A DNA stretch of 64,000 nucleotides from a virus, in the IMG/VR virus record IMGVR_UViG_3300035698_018653, positions 32,001 to 96,000 of that record, one strand, 5' to 3'. The position numbers were made by a program, and so were the translations under genes. A model generated the notes under the pieces. It was not told the origin of the DNA. It saw nothing but the letters and a program-made list of their open reading frames with translations, and made no database searches. Shown here one piece after another: positions 9,820 to 19,152 of the stretch (position 1 is the first letter of the stretch; each line of letters begins with the position of its first letter).

Positions 9820-10745
9820 AAATATTGATTACCGGAAACGCTGGCTTCATCGGAAGTAATATAGCGGATAGATTAATAGAAGAAGTACATAAAGTTGCCG
9901 GAGTAGATAATTTTTTAACTGGCAATATTGAAAATATAAATGAAAAAGTACATCAATATTATTATTCTTTAACAGATGAAAAACAAATGGATATTGTTTT
10001 TAGAAATTTTAAACCGGAAATGGTTTTCCATTGTGCTGCCTCTTATAATGATGCAGATAATTGGAATAGAGATATAGAAACAAATTGTGTTGGAACTTCA
10101 AATATAGTAAAGTGTTGTCAGAAGTACAATGTTAAAAAATTAGTTTATTTCCAAACAGCTTTATGCTATGGGGATTTTATTGAGCAACCAATAACCTTAA
10201 GTCACCCAATCAATCCTACAAGATGTTCTTATGCTATCACTAAAACAACGGCAGAGCAAATAATTGATATGAGCGGAATACCTTGCCTTACTTTTAGAAT
10301 GGCAAATGTTTATGGGCCGAGGCATTTGAGCAGCTGTATTCCCACTTTCTATTTAAAGCTAAAGAATAGAGAAAAAACCATTATTACAAATACCAAAAGA
10401 TCATTCGTATATATTTCAGACTTAGTTGATTTAATCGTTAAAACAATGGACAGTAAGATTACTGGCGTTTATCATTTATCTACATTACAAGAGGTTTCTA
10501 TTAAATTTATATTTGAAGCTATGGCAGAATTGATGAATATAGACATAAGAGATATTGAAGTTAATTATCAAGAGCCAAAAGAAGATAATGTAAAAACAAT
10601 ATTGCTTGATAATTTAAAAACAAAAATGGATTTTTCTGACTGGTACCCTAAAGTTGGCATAATAGATGGGTTAAAAAGATCAATAGAGTGGTATAATAAA
10701 AATAAATTTGATAAAACATTTACTCATTTGAAGTTAGGGAAATAA
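9816..10745 (+). CDS. NAD-dependent epimerase/reductase, Bordetella WbmG/WbmH-like extended SDR
   Basis: ITGNAGFIG, HCAASY, YFQTALCYG, SYAITK, ANVYGPR, C-terminal FTHLK. Confidence 0.8.
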   Translation: MKILITGNAGFIGSNIADRLIEEVHKVAGVDNFLTGNIENINEKVHQYYYSLTDEKQMDIVFRNFKPEMVFHCAASYNDADNWNRDIETNCVGTSNIVKCCQKYNVKKLVYFQTALCYGDFIEQPITLSHPINPTRCSYAITKTTAEQIIDMSGIPCLTFRMANVYGPRHLSSCIPTFYLKLKNREKTIITNTKRSFVYISDLVDLIVKTMDSKITGVYHLSTLQEVSIKFIFEAMAELMNIDIRDIEVNYQEPKEDNVKTILLDNLKTKMDFSDWYPKVGIIDGLKRSIEWYNKNKFDKTFTHLKLGK

Positions 10746-10746
10746 A

Positions 10747-11217
10747 ATGGAAGGCTTATATTTTGGTTTGATGGACAACTTTGTTATGATAATTGGTGCT
10801 TTTTTTGGTTTGAATTTGGAGAGACTTTTTTCAAAAAGAGACAATGGATTGGGGGCGGTTATAGGTGCGGGGATAGGGAATGCTATTTCAGACTTTTTAG
10901 GTGGTGTAGTAGAGGGCAATATGTCACTAGCCTATGGAACTGCACTTGGGTGCATGCTTTGTTTAGCGATTATTCCACTTTTTGTTATTATTATTAGATT
11001 TAAAAAACCATCTGCGATAGCTGAATATAGATTTCAGTTAGATAAAGATTTATTTATAACGGCAAAAGAAAAAAGAATAAAAGGCAATGAAGGAAAAACA
11101 ATAGAGAACACTACAAGATACATTTTGTCAATTTTGTTTTCAAAAATATTGATACATAAAGAAAAGCATGAAAGAGTAAATGTATTAACCCTATGTCAAA
11201 AGGAGAAGATAAAGTGA
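10747..11217 (+). CDS. TMEM65-like membrane protein
   Basis: FGLMDNFVMI and GAGIGNAISDFLGG, three hydrophobic segments. Confidence 0.55.
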   Translation: MEGLYFGLMDNFVMIIGAFFGLNLERLFSKRDNGLGAVIGAGIGNAISDFLGGVVEGNMSLAYGTALGCMLCLAIIPLFVIIIRFKKPSAIAEYRFQLDKDLFITAKEKRIKGNEGKTIENTTRYILSILFSKILIHKEKHERVNVLTLCQKEKIK

Positions 11218-11465
11218 TATACTTGATAGGGTTTGGATGTTTTTTATTGGGGTATATACTTTCATCTATAAGGTGTATTATATGGTATAATAAATTAATT
11301 AATAAACAGGGAAAGCGCTTTGAAGGGGTAATGAAAAAAGTAGTTTGTCCACATATATCGCCAAGAATAGGTGATGGAGAACAATATTGTTGTGACCAAC
11401 AAAAGAAATTAACCGGAACACATCATATGCTTGATGATAATAAATGGATATATTTAATTAATTAA
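11193..11465 (+). CDS. Hypothetical membrane-anchored protein
   Basis: N-terminal hydrophobic helix; overlaps the upstream gene. Confidence 0.45.
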   Translation: MSKGEDKVIYLIGFGCFLLGYILSSIRCIIWYNKLINKQGKRFEGVMKKVVCPHISPRIGDGEQYCCDQQKKLTGTHHMLDDNKWIYLIN

Positions 11466-11477
11466 GGAGAAGATAAA

Positions 11478-11633
11478 ATGAGCAATAACGAAAAAGATTT
11501 AGAAAAGATTTTTGAAGGGCTTTGGAAGGATAAACTGTTTGATAAATGGTTTAATGGTGGAAATACAAAGGCAAAAGATATTTGTAAAAAGTCTTTTATG
11601 TTTGGTGTAAAATTAAAGGAGAAAAAAGAATAA
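11478..11633 (+). CDS. Small hypothetical protein (51 aa, not in ORF track)
   Basis: AAGGAG RBS, ATG at 11478, TAATG coupling to the next gene. Confidence 0.55.
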   Translation: MSNNEKDLEKIFEGLWKDKLFDKWFNGGNTKAKDICKKSFMFGVKLKEKKE

Positions 11634-12601
11634 TGAATTTTGTAAATGTCTCTGACACAATGGTTGGTGTAAAAGACGGAAAGAATATTACAAATTTTCC
11701 AGGCATATATCCGTTCTTTGACGAAAGAAATAAGTTTACTAACATAATTGGTGTCGGGAATAAAAACGGAATAGATAAAAATATTGATTTGCTAAAAATA
11801 AAAAAAGTATTTAAAGGGTGTAAGTTTGTTTTTAATGGTCGTCTTGCTTCTTACCTAATAAAGAACTGGGATTTTATAGTTTCTAATTTTGATGGTATTA
11901 TGGGTGCGGAGTTAAATAAAAATCATCCGAAGTCATTGAATATGGTTCATTCTTCCATGGCACGAAGCATGCCATATAAGGGTTTTTATTGGGAACCAAC
12001 AAACGAAAAAAAGGATTTTGATTTTAGTATCTTATCTAAAATAAATGATTATAAGAATAAGAGATGGGGGCGTTGTTTAAAATTAATTGATATTCTCTGC
12101 ACCTCCAAGCTTAAGGGCATACTTATAACGCAAAGTGGTGATTTAAATAAGGTTTCAGAGCTGAAACAGCACGTTAAGAGCGGATATTTAAAGATATCTA
12201 ATAATATAGACGAAAGAGAGTTTCACAGGCTTCACAACAGGGCTAGAGTCGGTATATTCCCAAATACACTGGATAGCTTTCCCAAGCATATGATAGAGAG
12301 TATACTTTCAAATAAGCCAATAATATTTTCGTCTGATTTAACTATGGGCAAAGAGATTGCGTTAGAGTTTGGTATAAAGCTAAATTTTGACAATAGAAGA
12401 TCTTATAAGAGAGTAAAGACTTTTTTGAGAGAGGGATATAAAGAATATACTACAAATAGGATAAAATATATTTGGAAGTATTCATTTGAAAGCGTATCTG
12501 CTTTTTGGGCTTCTGAAATTAATAGATTATTTAAAACAAAATTTAAAAGAGTTTATATGTTTAATCATTATCAAAGGTTAAAGGAAAATAAATTGATATG
12601 A
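11633..12601 (+). CDS. GT-B (GT4-like) glycosyltransferase
   Basis: C-terminal VGIFPNTLDSFPKHMIESILSNKPII signature. Confidence 0.65.
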   Translation: MNFVNVSDTMVGVKDGKNITNFPGIYPFFDERNKFTNIIGVGNKNGIDKNIDLLKIKKVFKGCKFVFNGRLASYLIKNWDFIVSNFDGIMGAELNKNHPKSLNMVHSSMARSMPYKGFYWEPTNEKKDFDFSILSKINDYKNKRWGRCLKLIDILCTSKLKGILITQSGDLNKVSELKQHVKSGYLKISNNIDEREFHRLHNRARVGIFPNTLDSFPKHMIESILSNKPIIFSSDLTMGKEIALEFGIKLNFDNRRSYKRVKTFLREGYKEYTTNRIKYIWKYSFESVSAFWASEINRLFKTKFKRVYMFNHYQRLKENKLI

Positions 12602-12834
12602 ACAAATTTAAAAAGTGTTGTGATTGCGGAACGTACGAGCATCAAGTATTAATGCCAATTAAGGGTAGGGTTCAGGGAATAGATTTATGTATATCTCATA
12701 TAGTTGCCGCCTTAAATGCCGGTAATGTAATAACAGAAGCTTCTTGTTGCGGACACGGTAAAATAGACGGAAGTATAATTTTAGAGGATGGAAGGGAATT
12801 AGTGATTAAGAAATGGAAAAAAGGAATAAATTAA
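12598..12834 (+). CDS. Small Tyw3-like SCCGH phage protein
   Basis: IDxCI..IV.ALN..G..T.ASCCGH pattern. Confidence 0.5.
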   Translation: MNKFKKCCDCGTYEHQVLMPIKGRVQGIDLCISHIVAALNAGNVITEASCCGHGKIDGSIILEDGRELVIKKWKKGIN

Positions 12835-12838
12835 TATT

Positions 12839-13657
12839 ATGGGAAAGAATTTTTTAGACAAAGATCACACTAAAGATTCGGACATAAAGAATTTTATACA
12901 AGAGAGTAGGATTGAGAATAGAAAGCCTTTCTCCCGTGACCTGATTTCCATTTGTGTATCCATAAAGAACAGAAGTAGATTTAAGATTGGCAAGAAAGAG
13001 TATAAGCCGTTTGTTCATTTTATCCATTCCATTGTTAGGCTCCCAAAGCATTTAATGAATATTGAATTGATCATAGCAGACTTCTTTTCTGATGATTATC
13101 CGTTAAAAGAATGGATTCCTTTCGAGTCTCAACACATTAAGTATAAGATAGTGTCTGTCCCTGGTCCATTTTCGAGAGGAAAGGGGCTAAATGCGGCCGC
13201 TAAGCAGTCTAAAGGCAAGTATCTATTCTTTACCGACGCAGACATGCTATTAAGCACACAGGTGATTGAGAGGGGCTTACATTATGCTAAGAAAAGTAAG
13301 GCTTTCTTTCCCATTGCTTTCCGCCATGTTGATGAGCAATTAAAAGTTGGAAGGTGGTTTCAAAGCGGATTCGGAAATATGTTTTTAAGGAGGAGTCAGT
13401 TTGAGAAACGTGGTGGATATATGGAGCACGATAGGTGGGGGCGAGAGGACTTTTATTTTCATAGACAACTTGTTCAGAAGAGTCAAGTAAAATGTGTAAG
13501 GGAACAAATACAAACCTTCTATCATCAATTCCACCCAGACGATGTTGTTTGGAAAAATAGATTTGTAGAAAAAAATGTTTTCAAAGAAATCCAGGCATCG
13601 TATACTATTAGTAAAGGAAATAAAGAGCATTTTGATAAAAATAGGAGCAAGAAATGA
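12839..13657 (+). CDS. GT-A glycosyltransferase, chondroitin GalNAc-transferase / GT7-C-like
   Basis: FSRGKGLN, FFTDADM (DxD), FFPIAF, GFG, GGY, WGRED. Confidence 0.75.
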   Translation: MGKNFLDKDHTKDSDIKNFIQESRIENRKPFSRDLISICVSIKNRSRFKIGKKEYKPFVHFIHSIVRLPKHLMNIELIIADFFSDDYPLKEWIPFESQHIKYKIVSVPGPFSRGKGLNAAAKQSKGKYLFFTDADMLLSTQVIERGLHYAKKSKAFFPIAFRHVDEQLKVGRWFQSGFGNMFLRRSQFEKRGGYMEHDRWGREDFYFHRQLVQKSQVKCVREQIQTFYHQFHPDDVVWKNRFVEKNVFKEIQASYTISKGNKEHFDKNRSKK

Positions 13658-14187
13658 ATATTAAAAACGACACCAAAAAGATAAGGAAGGCAGTAAGAGA
13701 TAATTTTACATTTAAGTCAGCTATACCGTATGTAAATTTTATGCAGACTATAGGGAAGGTTGCGACAGATAAAATAAGGATAGAGTTAAAGCTAAAGAAT
13801 GAGGGTAATTTAAATATTGGAACGTTGTATTTACATTATAGCATAAAAGACAAGAGTTATATAATAAGTTCAAAATCTGGGTGCTTTACCTATAAACATT
13901 TTAAGGATAAAATTTTTAGTGTTTTAAGTGAGGTAAATCATGGAACAAAAATAGTCAATAAGACAGATAATATTTTTATGGATAATAATTATTTAATTAA
14001 AAGAAGAGAAGCAAAAAAGTTAAATCAATTACAGTTAGCGAAATTATTAGGAAAGAATGTAAAGCAGATACAAAGATATGAAATAAGCGGAAGTGTTCAG
14101 AATCCTTATGGCAGAACATTAAGGGATTTAGCTATAATACTTGATCTTGATTTAAATAAGTTATTTATGTTAGGGAAAAAGAAATGA
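13654..14187 (+). CDS. XRE-family HTH protein (C-terminal HTH)
   Basis: KRREAKKLNQLQLAKLLG...IQRYE...P....L..LA. Confidence 0.75.
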   Translation: MNIKNDTKKIRKAVRDNFTFKSAIPYVNFMQTIGKVATDKIRIELKLKNEGNLNIGTLYLHYSIKDKSYIISSKSGCFTYKHFKDKIFSVLSEVNHGTKIVNKTDNIFMDNNYLIKRREAKKLNQLQLAKLLGKNVKQIQRYEISGSVQNPYGRTLRDLAIILDLDLNKLFMLGKKK

Positions 14188-14807
14188 TAGATAAAATATT
14201 ACTTGCTATATGGATAGGGGTAATTATATTTGCCTGGTGGTATCCACTTAGAAAAAGAAAAAAGAAAGGTGAGTTTCAAGACACAAGCGATTATCAAAAA
14301 TGTATAAAGAAAAATAAAGAAGGAAAATATTATCTTGATAAAAATGCCACAAAGATAATATTTGGTGATTATGATAAACCATTTAAAACTCCTCACTCTA
14401 AAATATGGGATGAAAAACCAATGAGTTTTGATAAATTTTTTAAAGAGCTAAACAATAATATAATAGATCACGGATGGGGAGTTGAGTTTAAATCCATTAA
14501 AGATGGAGAAGAGAAAAAATATATTCAATGTAAAAAATGTGGGTCAAAAAGACAAATAATAAGTACGGTTCCGGCTTTCTGTCTTAATTGTGATAATGGA
14601 TTATATGATCTTCCTTGTGAAGTTGATATAGAAAGTAAAATGGGTGATATATCACAAGCAATGATAGAGGATTTTGAAAAAAGAATATTAGATGGAGAAA
14701 GCGATATAAAGAATCCAAAAGGATTATTTAATAATCGTGAAATGATTGCTAATGCAATTAAAAACTCAAAAGAATTTAAGGAGAGATATGGGAAAGATCA
14801 AGATTAA
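14184..14807 (+). CDS. Hypothetical protein with N-terminal TM and Zn ribbon
   Basis: Hydrophobic N-terminus; CKKC...CLNC. Confidence 0.5.
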   Translation: MIDKILLAIWIGVIIFAWWYPLRKRKKKGEFQDTSDYQKCIKKNKEGKYYLDKNATKIIFGDYDKPFKTPHSKIWDEKPMSFDKFFKELNNNIIDHGWGVEFKSIKDGEEKKYIQCKKCGSKRQIISTVPAFCLNCDNGLYDLPCEVDIESKMGDISQAMIEDFEKRILDGESDIKNPKGLFNNREMIANAIKNSKEFKERYGKDQD

Positions 14808-15162
14808 TGAAGTTATGCTAGAGAGATTAAAGCTTAATCATTCGGTAATAATATCTAAAGACGCTATTGGTCAAGCAATGAAACCAATTTTTAATACATT
14901 ACCTGATCAGGACGCTATAAATATATTATTTAGAAATTACGTTGCTTCCGAAGTTCAAAAGAAAATTCAAATACAATACCCAAAGGATTGGTGGAATGCC
15001 TTTAAAGAAAGATGGTTTCCAAATTGGTTAAAATGGAGATATCCAGTTATATATAGAAAGCATGATTTTTCACCTAAAGTACTTTATCCTTTCATGAAAA
15101 TAAGTTTACCTAACGAAAGGCGGTTTCCAATAGTTATAGAATCAATAGAGGAGAAAGAATAA
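14746..15162 (+). CDS. Hypothetical phage protein
   Basis: PKDWWNAFKERWFP..L...YPV motif; coupled to its neighbours. Confidence 0.5.
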   Translation: MLMQLKTQKNLRRDMGKIKINEVMLERLKLNHSVIISKDAIGQAMKPIFNTLPDQDAINILFRNYVASEVQKKIQIQYPKDWWNAFKERWFPNWLKWRYPVIYRKHDFSPKVLYPFMKISLPNERRFPIVIESIEEKE

Positions 15163-15722
15163 TGACTTGTATAATTGGCTGGATTAAAAACAAAAAGATG
15201 TATATGGGTTGTGATAATATCGGCTCTAATGGGTCTATAGTTATACAAAGGAATGACAGTAAAATATTTACAAGAAATAACGAAATGATTTTTGGATATA
15301 CTTCATCTTATAGAATGGGTCAGCTTTTGAGATATTCGCTTAAGATTCCTTTGCATGATCCCAAGATACCTGATGACGAATATATGAGTACGAAGTTCAT
15401 CGATGAAGTTAGGAATTGCCTAAAAGATGGTGGCTATATGATTAGAGATAATAATGAGGAGTCTGGTGGAACATTTCTTGTTGGATATAAAGGTAAGCTA
15501 TATCTTATCTCTGATGATTTTCAAGTTGGAATTCCTTCTGATGGTTTTTTCTCCGTTGGTTGCGGAATGTATTATGCATTAGGGGCAATGAAAGTTCTTG
15601 TAAAATCAAATAAAAATCCAGTGGCGATAATAGAGGAGGCGTTGTCTATCGCAGAATATTATAGCCCCGGTGTTCGTGGACCATACCAGATAGATCACTT
15701 AGATATAGGGGAGAAAAAATAA
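15162..15722 (+). CDS. HslV / proteasome-beta-like Ntn hydrolase
   Basis: N-terminal MTCIIG (Thr nucleophile), GCD, SKIF, VGCG...ALGA. Confidence 0.8.
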   Translation: MTCIIGWIKNKKMYMGCDNIGSNGSIVIQRNDSKIFTRNNEMIFGYTSSYRMGQLLRYSLKIPLHDPKIPDDEYMSTKFIDEVRNCLKDGGYMIRDNNEESGGTFLVGYKGKLYLISDDFQVGIPSDGFFSVGCGMYYALGAMKVLVKSNKNPVAIIEEALSIAEYYSPGVRGPYQIDHLDIGEKK

Positions 15723-16693
15723 TGAAAAGAGTTTTAGTTACAGGTGCCAGCGGGTTCGTCGGGTCACACTTACTTGACTTACTTCTTGACGATATTGATT
15801 GTTCTGAATGTGAAGTTCACGGTACAATGAGGTACAGGAGCAATCTTGATAATATAAAACATAACATAGGAAAAGATTGCCTTAAGCTGCACACCTGCGA
15901 TTATACAGATCAGAAGTCTGTCGATGAGCTTATTAAGGAGGTTAATCCACATAAGATATTTCACCTGGCAGCTCATTCCTTTGTTCCTGATTCGTTTCAT
16001 ATGCCTCACTATATGCTTGATAATGTAAAGATGACTTTAAATATTTTGGAGTCGGTTAAAACGCACGCTCCAAATTGTAAGGTACATATCGCAGGTAGTT
16101 CCGAGGAGTATGGGATGGTAGAAGCAAGCGAATGCCCTATTGACGAAACGCAACCATTAAGGCCGATGTCACAATATGGTGTCTCTAAAATTGCTTGCGA
16201 GTATCTTGCTTTTCAATATCAAACAACTTATAATATAAAGGTAATAGTAACCAGGAGTTTTAATCATACTGGACCACGCAGAAATTCAAGATTTGTTTGT
16301 AGTCATTTTGCTCGTGAGCTTGCACTTATGAATATGGGCAAGAAAGCGTATTCGATAGAGCATGGCAATCTTGACGCTATACGTGACTATACAGATGTAA
16401 GAGATATAGTAAGGGCGTACTGGGATTTGTCTGAACTTGAAGAAGAAATTAAATATCCAATTAATCTTTGTAGCGGTAAAGGACATAAGATAGAAGAAGT
16501 ATTAAATATGCTTCAGAGTATGTCGGGCATTTCCCCTCAAAGGAATTGGGTTGAGAGCAGGATGAGACCCTCTGATGTTCCGTTGCTTGTTGGTAGTAGT
16601 GAGAAAGCAAAGATGCTTATAGGGTGGAAACCGGAAATTAATTTTAAGAAAACATTAGAAGATCTATATGATTATTGGCTTGAGAACGTATAG
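15722..16693 (+). CDS. GDP-mannose 4,6-dehydratase / GDP-6-deoxy-mannose reductase (Gmd/Rmd family)
   Basis: VTGASGFVG, HLAAHSFV, SSEEYG, YGVSK, FNHTGPRR, GNLDAIRD, RPSD. Confidence 0.9.
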   Translation: MKRVLVTGASGFVGSHLLDLLLDDIDCSECEVHGTMRYRSNLDNIKHNIGKDCLKLHTCDYTDQKSVDELIKEVNPHKIFHLAAHSFVPDSFHMPHYMLDNVKMTLNILESVKTHAPNCKVHIAGSSEEYGMVEASECPIDETQPLRPMSQYGVSKIACEYLAFQYQTTYNIKVIVTRSFNHTGPRRNSRFVCSHFARELALMNMGKKAYSIEHGNLDAIRDYTDVRDIVRAYWDLSELEEEIKYPINLCSGKGHKIEEVLNMLQSMSGISPQRNWVESRMRPSDVPLLVGSSEKAKMLIGWKPEINFKKTLEDLYDYWLENV

Positions 16694-16708
16694 TTAATAA
16701 AATAATTT

Positions 16709-16737
16709 TTCAACTTTTTAAATATAGTGTATATTGT
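16709..16737 (+). promoter_or_regulatory. Putative promoter TTCAAC-N17-TATTGT for the NAD/kinase operon
   Basis: Variant of the recurrent motif (TGTATATTGT), upstream of the AAGGAG RBS of 16777. Confidence 0.5.
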
Positions 16738-16776
16738 TTATAGATAACATTTAACCTTTTAAAAAGGAGAAGCAAG

Positions 16777-17577
16777 ATGAAAGAAAGTACTTGTTTGTTT
16801 GTAATTGACCCTCAAGTTGACTTCTGTGACCCCGTAGGAAACTTATTTGTACCGGGAGCAGACGAAGATATGAGGCGTTTATCGTCAATGGTAATAAATA
16901 ATAAGGGAGAGATAGATGATATTCAGTTGACTCTTGACTCCCATCACTATGTCCACGTGGCGCATCCTTGCTCGTGGATAGACAGTAAAGGAAAGCATCC
17001 TGACCCGTTTACAGTTATTACAGTAGAGGACGTTGAGAAAGGAACGTGGATGGCAACTAATCCTGGGTTCAGAGATAGATATAAGGAATACGTACAGAAG
17101 CTTCAGGACAATAATCGATACGTACTTTGTATCTGGCCTTATCATTGCCTTATTGGTAGCCCCCATGCCGCTATCTCTCCTGATTTTTACGCCTCCATGA
17201 TTTCCTGGGAACGTCTGTATGCTGTAGCCGGAAAGACCACTAAGGGTTCAAATATATTTACCGAGCATTACTCTGCTGTTAAAGCAGACGTACCGGATGA
17301 CGAAGATGTAGGAACTCATTTAAATACCGATGGGCTGATTAATGTTTTAAAGAAACACGATAGTATCCTTATAGCTGGAGAGGCACTGTCACATTGCGTG
17401 GCCTCTACCATTAGAGATATAGCTTCTGAGTTCTCTGACGAGCAGGTTAAGAAGTTTGTCTTGCTTGAGGATGCTTCGTCACCCGTTACCGGTTTTGAGA
17501 AGTTGGGAGAGGATTTTGTAAACGATATGGTTGCGAAAGGAATGAGAATTTCCAAAACAACTGAATATTTTAAATAG
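16777..17577 (+). CDS. pncA: Nicotinamidase (isochorismatase family)
   Basis: IDPQVDF, LDSH, WPYHC, TKG, AGEALSHCV catalytic and metal-binding motifs; next to NAD genes. Confidence 0.85.
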   Translation: MKESTCLFVIDPQVDFCDPVGNLFVPGADEDMRRLSSMVINNKGEIDDIQLTLDSHHYVHVAHPCSWIDSKGKHPDPFTVITVEDVEKGTWMATNPGFRDRYKEYVQKLQDNNRYVLCIWPYHCLIGSPHAAISPDFYASMISWERLYAVAGKTTKGSNIFTEHYSAVKADVPDDEDVGTHLNTDGLINVLKKHDSILIAGEALSHCVASTIRDIASEFSDEQVKKFVLLEDASSPVTGFEKLGEDFVNDMVAKGMRISKTTEYFK

Positions 17578-17581
17578 GAGA

Positions 17582-18352
17582 TTGACCATGAAATTAATGA
17601 ATGTAGATGCAAGCGAAGTGGCGAAGTCGGTACAGGGTTTTGATTATAGCCACATTGAGTTTGATAAGTTAGGCGCTCCAGAATATACCATTGTTGCTAT
17701 CGTTACAGATAAGTCAGGTTCAGTATCGGAATTTAAAACTGAGCTGGAGAATATTAATAAGACTTGCGTGGAGTCCTGCCAGAAATCTCCCAAAGCGGAG
17801 AACTTACTTATTCGGTCCACCGCTTTTAATGGTATTGACGGAATAGAGGAGCTTCACGGCTTTACATTACTTTCTGCTATTGATATTAATCAGTATGACG
17901 GAAGTATTGAGGCGGACGGTATGACTCCGCTCTATGACGCAACTCTTGACGGTATAGATACCGTTCTTGATTATTCAAAGAAGCTGTATGACCGTCAGTA
18001 CTTTTGTAACGCAATAGTATTTGTTATTACCGATGGCATAGAGAACAGTTCGCACTCTGGTTCTGTTTCTAAGATTAAAGATGCCATTAGTAAAATAAAG
18101 AAAGGAGAGATGCTTGAGTCTTTTACTTCTGTACTAATCGGAGTGGGGACGGAAGACGATCAGGTCAAAGATTTCCTGGAGAATTTTAATAAGGAAGCCG
18201 GCTTTGATCAGTATGTAGAAATTACAGAAGCAACCCCACAGAAGCTTGCCAAGCTTGCGAAGTTTGTAAGCCAAAGTGTTTCCAGTACGTCGCAAGCTCT
18301 TGGAACGCAAGGCCCGTCTCAGCCTATTGATATTAAAACCGTAACTATCTAA
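17582..18352 (+). CDS. vWA-domain protein (TerY/YegL-like); likely start ATG 17588
   Basis: MIDAS DKSGS, TPLYDA, ITDG.EN.S. Confidence 0.85.
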   Translation: MTMKLMNVDASEVAKSVQGFDYSHIEFDKLGAPEYTIVAIVTDKSGSVSEFKTELENINKTCVESCQKSPKAENLLIRSTAFNGIDGIEELHGFTLLSAIDINQYDGSIEADGMTPLYDATLDGIDTVLDYSKKLYDRQYFCNAIVFVITDGIENSSHSGSVSKIKDAISKIKKGEMLESFTSVLIGVGTEDDQVKDFLENFNKEAGFDQYVEITEATPQKLAKLAKFVSQSVSSTSQALGTQGPSQPIDIKTVTI

Positions 18353-19152
18353 TGAATTCTAATTCGTATTTTGAGATTGGATCTTCTCACCTGATCTGCC
18401 AGGACTATGCTCTTTCTGGTAGGTCAGGTGATGGGGGTCTTCAGTATGGGATTATATCTGATGGTTGTAGTTCGTCAAAGCATTCGGAAGTGGGCGCTCA
18501 GATATTATCTTTTGTAGCAAAGTATTGCGTAACACTTTTATACCCACGTATGGATTTCTTAGGGGAGACACTAAGAGATTTTATAATTGATAGGGTAGAA
18601 AAGTTAAGAGCGCTTTATGGTTTACCGGAAGAAGCTCTTGACGCAACTTTATTTATTGTTATTTATGCCGATGGTTTCTGGAGTGTATTTGGTTGGGGTG
18701 ACGGTACAGTTATAATTGAAAAACCATTTGGCGTAGTCAATATTGAAATGATAGAGTACAAACAAAACGCACCTTACTATCTTTCTTATTTGAGAAATTG
18801 CGACAGAAAAGAAAGATATATGAAAGAGTTTAATGATAACAATATAATTCAATCTAGTTATGGTACCTTAAGTACTCCCAGTAAAGTTGAAAGACATGTT
18901 GAAGCTCCATTCTTTTATTCGACTGCTGACGACGAAATTAAATCGATAACTGTTTGCTCAGATGGAATATCAAGTTATATAGACGAATTTGCAAATCCTG
19001 TTGGTATTTTTAAGATGGCCCATGAATTTATTGGTTTTAAAAGAACTAACGGAGAATTTGTTAAATCAAATATGATGTTTCTTAAAAGAAAGATGGAGAG
19101 GGAAGGGATTCAGCATTATGACGATATAAGTTGCGCAACGGTAACGTTATGA
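18352..19152 (+). CDS. PP2C-like protein phosphatase (YegK-like)
   Basis: CQD, ISDGCSS, GDG, CSDG, DDIS. Confidence 0.85.
   Translation: MNSNSYFEIGSSHLICQDYALSGRSGDGGLQYGIISDGCSSSKHSEVGAQILSFVAKYCVTLLYPRMDFLGETLRDFIIDRVEKLRALYGLPEEALDATLFIVIYADGFWSVFGWGDGTVIIEKPFGVVNIEMIEYKQNAPYYLSYLRNCDRKERYMKEFNDNNIIQSSYGTLSTPSKVERHVEAPFFYSTADDEIKSITVCSDGISSYIDEFANPVGIFKMAHEFIGFKRTNGEFVKSNMMFLKRKMEREGIQHYDDISCATVTL

Noticed and set aside
14640-14735. Capsid-like motif RILDG...PKGLFN in ORF 14184
   Set aside because: Too short, and it sits in a TM/Zn-ribbon protein; probably coincidental
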